Shown: positions 56,291-64,000 of the stretch, piece after piece | How the letters are laid out: each line of letters begins with the position of its first letter | How positions within the stretch are numbered: position 1 is the stretch's first letter | NCBI GenBank assembly: GCA_951406725.2 | Contig: OX597822.1 | Span: 115,258,001 to 115,322,000 of the forward strand | DNA length: 64,000 nt | Source of the DNA: Octopus vulgaris | Lineage: Eukaryota | Direction: 5' to 3' | Program-made: the position numbers and the translations under genes | The notes under the pieces: generated by a model | What the model was told of the DNA's origin: nothing | What the model saw: only the letters and a program-made list of their open reading frames with translations | Database searches by the model: none

Positions 56291-57987
56291 ACTCACAAAT
56301 ATTTAGGACTAAAATATTTACTAATATTAAGGAATAGTTGTAAGGCAGCGAGCTGACAGAATCGTCACTGCACCGGGTCGACTTTGCTTTTCATCTTTTC
56401 GGGGTCGATAAAATAAGTACCAGTTGAGCACTGGGGTCGATGTAATAGACTTAGCTCCCATCCCCGAAATTGTTGGCCTTGTACCAAAATTTGAAACCAA
56501 TTTTATAATATTTTAGTGAAAGGACCTAGTACTTATCAGCTCAAAAACCATTCAACAAAAACAATTATTCAAATTCAAAGTTATTTTATTTTCATTTTTC
56601 TTCATTTTTACCAAATTGTTTGTCCAGGTATTTAAATAATTTGCAAAATTTTATATCAAGAGTTTTATATTTACCGTCTGCCAGGAATACGATTTCAGTT
56701 TTGCCCGCCATTTCCCCCGCCCCCCAAATTGCAGCAGGTTAAAAACACTGCTCTTCTATTGCCAATGTTCTTCCCCCCCCCCCACCAAGCGGAAGAAGTT
56801 ATACAATTTCTATTAAACAATATTTTCATCTGTTGAGGTCGACTTTGCCTTTCATCCTTTCGGATTCGATAAATTAAGTACCAGTTGCGTACTGAGGTCG
56901 ATCTAATCGACTGCACCCGCCCCCCACCGCCAAAAATTTCAGGCCTTGTGCCTAGAGTAGAAAAGACTATTTTCATCTGTTATGGTTCTACAATAAAAAT
57001 TCACTTCTTCAGAGTCAATATATTTTTGTCACATGTTTCATATAGCTTCATGTTGTTGGCAACAATTTTAATGCGTCTAGGTTTTACGCATCTATTTTCC
57101 TTACGTTTAGTTTTACCATAAGCGTTAACGCTCTTTGCACCCAGTCAATATGATTTAAAAGCCTCTACAGAGGTTTTTAAGTCATCCCCAAATGCTGCAG
57201 GAAAATTATCAGCTTTAAGCAAAATGATGTTCCAACTTATGACAGAATTCGTGGAATTTGCTCTGCCCGGCTAGAACCCCCACCCTTAACCCATCCTACT
57301 AATACATTAGCCATCTACCATGCACAAATCTCTCATCTTCTATCTCTGCTATCTAGGCTATACTCTTTAATGTTCACTCAGAAACGTGGTATCAGTGTAA
57401 ATATCACTTGCCCCGTTAACAATCTCCCTCAAATGGAATATAAACCATCTTGGCTGATAAGTAAAAACTTTCTCACTCACTCACTTCAATCTCAAGCCCA
57501 TAGATGCGCTGTCTCTACATCTCTGCCTATTATATTGCTACTACGAATGGGTGACGCTCCCCAAAGCTAACTACTTTCATACCATCTTCATCCGAGTCCA
57601 CCCATCACTCTTCTGGTTTTATCACCCATTTTTTCTCCTCCTAGGCCTCGCACTAACTTTAGTACCCAGTCTTTCCTCCCAAGAAATCAATTCCAGAGAA
57701 TTCCTTTCTCTCGTGAATCGAGAACAACCACTGTACGAGAAAGCGCATGAATATCTAAGGATATTTTTCTTGATATTTGCGATTCCAGTGCTTCATGTTT
57801 TCAACAATTCCTGAACTACAACGGCTATCAGTTTGAAGACAGGCGTTCATAAAAACAAAAGAAGATTCTGCCAGAACATTCTATAAAATTTGGAAAATGG
57901 ACTATAATAAACACTGACTCGATAATCATGTTGATGTCCCTGGACATTTTTGAGAATATTCTATATATATACATAAATACTCACTTA

Positions 57988-58090
<103 letters not shown>

Positions 58091-58759
58091 GAATGGATAG
58101 ATGGATGGATGGATGTTTATAATATCACAAGCAACATAAGCGTCGTAGGCCGGATAACGTATTTACTGGTTATAAGCACCGGACGTTTAACGAAAATAAA
58201 TATGTATGTATGCATGTATATATATATATATATAATTACGTATGTGTATATGCCTACATAGTGTGCATGTGAGCGTGTGTACATGTGTGTTTGTGTTTGA
58301 CGAACGAGTGACTGTTGCTTCTGCGTCATTGTTGGAGGTTAATGGCCTCTCTAATGTTATTATTAAACTTACTTAATTTTTTTCTTGCTGTGAAATCTCA
58401 GATTCAGTTAGGCTAATTAACCTTCAATTACTGTTGGAGACAAAATTGTCTTTGTGATGCATAATTGTGATATACGCTTCGTGTTTAGCTAAAATTTCTC
58501 ATCAATAACAAAAGTAGAAGGAATTGCGTATTAACTCGAAATAATGGCTTCAGATTTCAGTAGAGGCCAGTAATTCTGAGGGAAGTCATCGACCCCAATA
58601 CTTCGACGGGATTTGAATTTGGAATGTAAAGAGCTGGAACACCAAGAGGCATTTACTTGACGCTGAGTCAGCTTGACGAACTCTTAGGACAACAAAGACC
58701 CCGCACAAGAATGTATTCAAAACTGAAGTTACCTACAGCTCTAATAAGCCCTCCAACCT

Positions 58760-59100
58760 AAAAAGACGAAATATTATAATTTATACACCCTTTTCATTTA
58801 ATATTTAACCCCAGAATGCCTGAGCACTCATGGTTTTCACCCATAAGCATTTCCCTATTAAACATAATTGTAGAAAGGTATTTGGTGATCTCAAAAATGC
58901 AAGAGCTAAATACTCATATTGAAATTCCAAAACATGACCGTTAGCTATGTTTTGTAGTTTAGAAGTCATTGTTTAAGAAGCACAACATATCTCTACCAAG
59001 ACATATCATCGTTTGGCACGTGAATGTTACATAGGCCTGACTTATGATAAATTCGAACAAAAATACTACAACCATAATTCCACTCTTTATACATATAAGA
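58760..59100 (+). mobile_element. Highly decayed PLE C-terminal/GIY-YIG remnant
   Basis: KRRNIIIYTPFSFNI (compare R.RNIIWFNPPFS.NV) and ECYIGLTYDKFEQKYYNHNSTL (compare YIG.T...FK.RY.NH..SF). Confidence 0.55.
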
Positions 59101-59714
59101 AAGAAAAGTGCGGCAAAATCCCGGCAATTAAAAGAAAATGCTTTCTTATTACAGTATCAAATGAAAGATCAAAATTGTTGAAGAATGGATATCAAAGCTA
59201 TGATGTTTGAGTAAACGTAGAAAAAAAAAATAGAAGAAAGCGTCGTCGTTAAAAATCTGAGCATCTGTATAAATGTTAGGTCTAACATCTTTCGGAAATG
59301 TCGATACTTAGAAAGACACATCTGAAACTGGAGCACTCCGCGTCAACCTGTTATAGTCCCAAATACCTAACGTACCTCTACATAAAATGAATTATTAACA
59401 GTTGCCCTCACACACAAAAACACAAACGCACAAACACACACATACACATGCCTATAATGAGTAGCTCACGGATTTCATGTGAACAGGCTGCCTCTAGAAA
59501 GTAGGAGTCAATACAAGGAAGAGCAGGGTACATGAAATTTACGTAATGAATACCACCAGACAGTTGTTTGTAACAGGTGGAATCGTCAGGTAGAGGTTTA
59601 GTCGTTGGCTCATTTGAAGGTCTCTGGTGGCTTCGTGTACATACTCCCTCAGGATGATTTCGGAGCATATATACATATATATATATATATATACGTATAT
59701 ATATATAAAAATAC

Positions 59715-59813
<99 letters not shown>

Positions 59814-59967
59814 CATGTATGTATATGCATACATACTTACTTACATAGATGTATACTTATAAATATATATATATACATATACAAATCATACGCATTCAAT
59901 ATGTATATATATATGTATATTATTGTCTATAGATATTTTTGTAAGTGCGTATGTGTGAATGCATGTG

Positions 59968-60023
<56 letters not shown>

Positions 60024-60879
60024 CATACATACATACATACATACATACATACATACATACATACATACATGTATGCATACATACATACATGTATTCATAC
60101 ATACATCTATGCATGCATACCTGCTTAAATACATACACACATACATAGATACATACGCACGTACGCACACGTATATACATATATACATACCAACAAAAAT
60201 ACATACACACATACATAGTCGTCGAATTCCCACAGAGAATATTTATCTTGCTGTAGTAACTTGACCACCGTTCTCCTATTTATCATCTATCATGTTACCT
60301 ACCTCTGACCCCTACATCTTGACATAATACTCCCAGTAATCCTTCCCACTCTTCTCAGCGGTGTCAACCACCATAAAACTCTCTACTTCCACCACAGTTA
60401 CAACCACCTCCACCACCACTACCACCACCACCACATCGGCATTACACCTGTTTTTCATGACATCTTCTAATCCACCGTTGTATTCTTTTCAACTCATTCT
60501 TCTTCGTTTGTTAATCCTGTCTTCCGCCCCTATCCTTCGCCGTCACCATTGTTATACGCTAAACCAGCTCTATTAATACCTACTAATCGCTATCATATAA
60601 CACTATCCTTCGGCTCATTCCTAAATCTCGGCTTCATTGATTTTCGTTTCTCTCATTTATTTCCTCGTTTCTTTCTTTCTTTATTTCTTTCTTTCTTTCT
60701 TTTTTTCTTTCTTTCTTTTCTCTTTTTCTTTCTTCCTTTCTTTCTTTGCATTTTTGCTTTGTTTTCTCTTAATAAAAAGTACAGTAACAAAAAATGACAC
60801 GCCTAAATACCTTAATGAAAAGACACGAACACAATCACACACACACACACATACGCTCCCACACATACAGACATACACA

Positions 60880-60925
<46 letters not shown>

Positions 60926-61045
60926 CATATGGATATATACGTATATATATATATATATATATATATACATACATACATATGTATATACATAACCACATGC
61001 GCACACAACCACAAATACATATGTATCCATATAGATACACATGAA

Positions 61046-61086
<41 letters not shown>

Positions 61087-62012
61087 CACATTCATATACA
61101 TATACATACCTACTTGTATACACACACATACAGACACATAAACGCGTGCACACGCACACACACACATACACAAGTCTACGCACAGGATGTTTTGTTTCAG
61201 GTATTTGTCTATGTTTGTACACTTGAGTATTCATGTGTTCGTTCGTACGTGCATGGGAGCCTGTGATCAGGAAAAGGCATATTTCTGAAATGTCTGAAAG
61301 ACACGTCTGTGTGCGTGTTTGATATTTCTATTAATAATTTTTCATTGATTTGTTCGGCTTAACCCTCAAAGCGGTGCTGCGGCATGGCCGCAGTCCAATG
61401 ATTGAAACAGGTAAAGGAATATCAAAGAATCTCACTGCTAAAAGTAAAACTCTTATTAGTTAATACTTTATCGTTCTTTATTACTTATGGCATGTGCAAG
61501 GCGGCGAGCTGGCAGCATCGCTAATAACCGGGTCAAATGCTTAGCGGCATTTCGTCCGTCTTATGTTCCGAGTTCAAATTCCACTGCGGTCAGCTTTGCC
61601 TTTCATTCTTTTGGGTTCGATAAACTGAGTACTTGTGAAACACTGGGTCGATGCAATCGAGTAGTACCCTCCCCCAAAATTTCATGCCTTGCCCCCCCCA
61701 CACACATATCACTACCCACCCCATCCAACCCCACCCACCCAAAACAAATTTCAGGCCTTATGTATTTTGTAGAAAGGATTATTACATCCGACATGTCCAA
61801 GCTGGCGAGCTGGCAGAATCATTAGTAACCCGGTTCAAACGCTAAGCGGCATTTCGTCCGTTTTTACTGCGTTCGACTTTGACTTTCATCCTTACGGGGT
61901 CGATAAAATAAGCACCAGTCGAGCACTGGGGTCGATGTCATCGACTTGTCAGGTCCCAAGAAATTGTTGGCCTTATTACAAAATTTGAAACCATTATTAC
62001 ATTCGGCATGTA

Positions 62013-62193
62013 AGAAGAGATGATGTAAAGTTCCTGGTTTGGGGCAAAAGAAAATATTCCCCCTCTCAGATTCCCACACTTATTGCAGCAGTCCTCCAGT
62101 TTTTCTAAGCGCTGTAAAAGAAATCAGAAGGTTGGGCCGCTAACCAGGTCTTTCGCGATAAACTTAAAGCCAGGAACATTTCAGCTCCTCTCG
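62013..62193 (-). mobile_element. Mariner-derived MITE, second copy
   Basis: Diverged reverse complement of 7940-8156; TA flanks. Confidence 0.8.
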
Positions 62194-63237
62194 TATGAAA
62201 AGGAGGCAAAAATGACAAGTCGTTAGCACACCAGACAAACACTCTGTCCCATTTCACTCGACTTTATGTTCTCAGTTCAAATTCTGCCGAGGTCGACTTT
62301 ATCTTTCAGCTTTTTCGGGGATTGATTTAATATGTATCCGTTATCAGGGATCGATGTAATCGACTTGCCCCCTACACCAAAATCTTAGGCCTTGTCCCTA
62401 TAATAGAAATCTTTATTACATTATGCATGTAACTGCGTACTTTGAAAATAATCATTTACCTTTGGCTTGTATAAGAAACGATAATCAAGAGCGGTAGGTA
62501 TAACAGAATAGGCAGAGAGGCAGAGGCAGACAAAATGACACATAGTATTTAGTGATGTACCTTTAAATATTGGAACCGTGGTAGGGCAAAGTATTAGCGT
62601 GACTGACAAAATATCGTATGGTATATACAAACGTATGTTTGCGTTCTGAGTTCAAATTTCGCCATGAACTATTTTGATGTCACCTAACTAGGGACGATTT
62701 AATATATATCAGGTATGATAATTAAAAAAGCGCACTGGACGGAAAGCAAAACCAATGGCGCCGGTAGATAATTCTTTCAAATGCAGTCGTTGTATGATGC
62801 AGCATAGACCACCATAGACGCAGCACCACTATCAGTAGCTGATAGAGCTTCTTCGGACGCAGATCCATGGTCTCCCGACCCCGATGGATGCCTACTATAG
62901 GTTAATTAATAATAACAGAAGCAGTAAACCCACTGGTTATTTGTGACATCAGTGCCTGAATAGACACTAATATTCCATATGTCGCTGACGAGAGGTTCCG
63001 CTGTTATGTCGCTATTGGATGTCTGTCAATGAGAAGCCCAAAACGGAGAGGAATCACATGATCTGGCAGAGCGGTGGTCGTAGCATCTGTCAATGATACA
63101 AACACGAATAGTTGTATGCATCCTCTCAAGGTGAAAAGAGAAATATTTCGTGTTGTAACACAATATCCACATTACGTGGGAGATCAGATATGATAGATTA
63201 TAAATATCCGCGTGCCAGATTTGAGGGCTCGTGCTTC

Positions 63238-63294
<57 letters not shown>

Positions 63295-63301
<7 letters not shown>

Positions 63302-63634
63302 TAAATAAGAGTAGGAATTGATATTAATCAGTTAAAACCAGTGGTCTAGCAAAAATGGTGATTTTGATGTCTATATCTAGCACAGTGGTTTTCAACCAGG
63401 GTTCCGCCAATACAGTCCAGGGGTTCCGCAAGAAGTTACAAAACTGCTAAAATCGTCAGTAATTTTTAATTCTCCTGTGCAGATATGTGTGCATAAAACT
63501 ATTAAATTATTGCACAGGGGTTCCTCGAGGCAGTGGAATGTTTCCTTGGGGTTCCGCTCCAACAAAAGGCTTGAAAAACACTGATCTGGCATATAGGCTG
63601 TCTATTTTTTTAATGGTCAGTCCTCTAAATTTTG

Positions 63635-63640
<6 letters not shown>
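63295..63640. mobile_element. PLE-type terminal remnant (inverted tail piece joined to forward piece), interrupted by a hAT MITE
   Basis: 63295-63352 is the reverse complement of 24390-24450. 63353-63382 plus 63592-63640 match 24288-24355. Confidence 0.7.
63383..63583. mobile_element. hAT (Charlie-like) MITE
   Basis: TIRs CAGTGGTTTTCAA / TTGAAAAACACTG, 8-bp TSD ATCTAGCA / ATCTGGCA, repeated subterminal GGGTTCC motifs. Confidence 0.9.
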
Positions 63641-63696
<56 letters not shown>

Positions 63697-64000
63697 AAGA
63701 GAGAGAGCAATATGAAAATGGAGGGAATCAATATGTGGTTCATCAAATTTTAGACATTATATTATGACAATTTAGTTATTTATTTACTAAAATGACAATT
63801 ACAAGAATATACATACGTGTATAACATATTATGCTTTACATATAAAATATATTAATATATAAAGATACCAGTAATTATTAAAATATATAACATACAGGAA
63901 TATAAATTGGGAAAATATGTTGTAGCTGTTTCAGTCAAGAGGCAAAAATACCTCATTCTACCTTTATTCCTCCAGTAAACTGAAGTAATTAGTAGATGAA

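Noticed and set aside
57150-57900. Possible old LINE remnant on the minus strand (also 41880-42350 and 38900-40250)
   Set aside because: Composition suggests decayed transposons, but I could not recover diagnostic motifs.
59555-59670. Two hammerhead-like cores on the minus strand (CUGACGA, CUGAGGG)
   Set aside because: GAAA and stems too degenerate to call.

Overview
AT-rich, repeat-saturated eukaryotic DNA with no host protein-coding exon that I can support. The SINE families and the very high microsatellite load resemble octopus (coleoid cephalopod) genomes, which is an inference. Almost all ORFs in the supplied track are translated microsatellites or SINEs. Supported content: decayed non-LTR retrotransposon pieces (R4/Dong-like, Tx1/L1-like, CR1-like, two RTE-like), several Penelope-like element (PLE) remnants, an internally deleted Tc1-family transposon with D36E spacing, mariner- and hAT-type MITEs, Helitron/Helentron-type pieces, three tRNA-derived SINE families and local duplications. 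The main unexpected signal is a set of nine minimal type I hammerhead ribozyme motifs (intact or decayed) found by eye. They include a canonical pair inside a spacer-less palindrome of about 750 bp (23605-24351) and a subfamily with a recurrent non-canonical core. All folds and translations were done manually and need computational confirmation.
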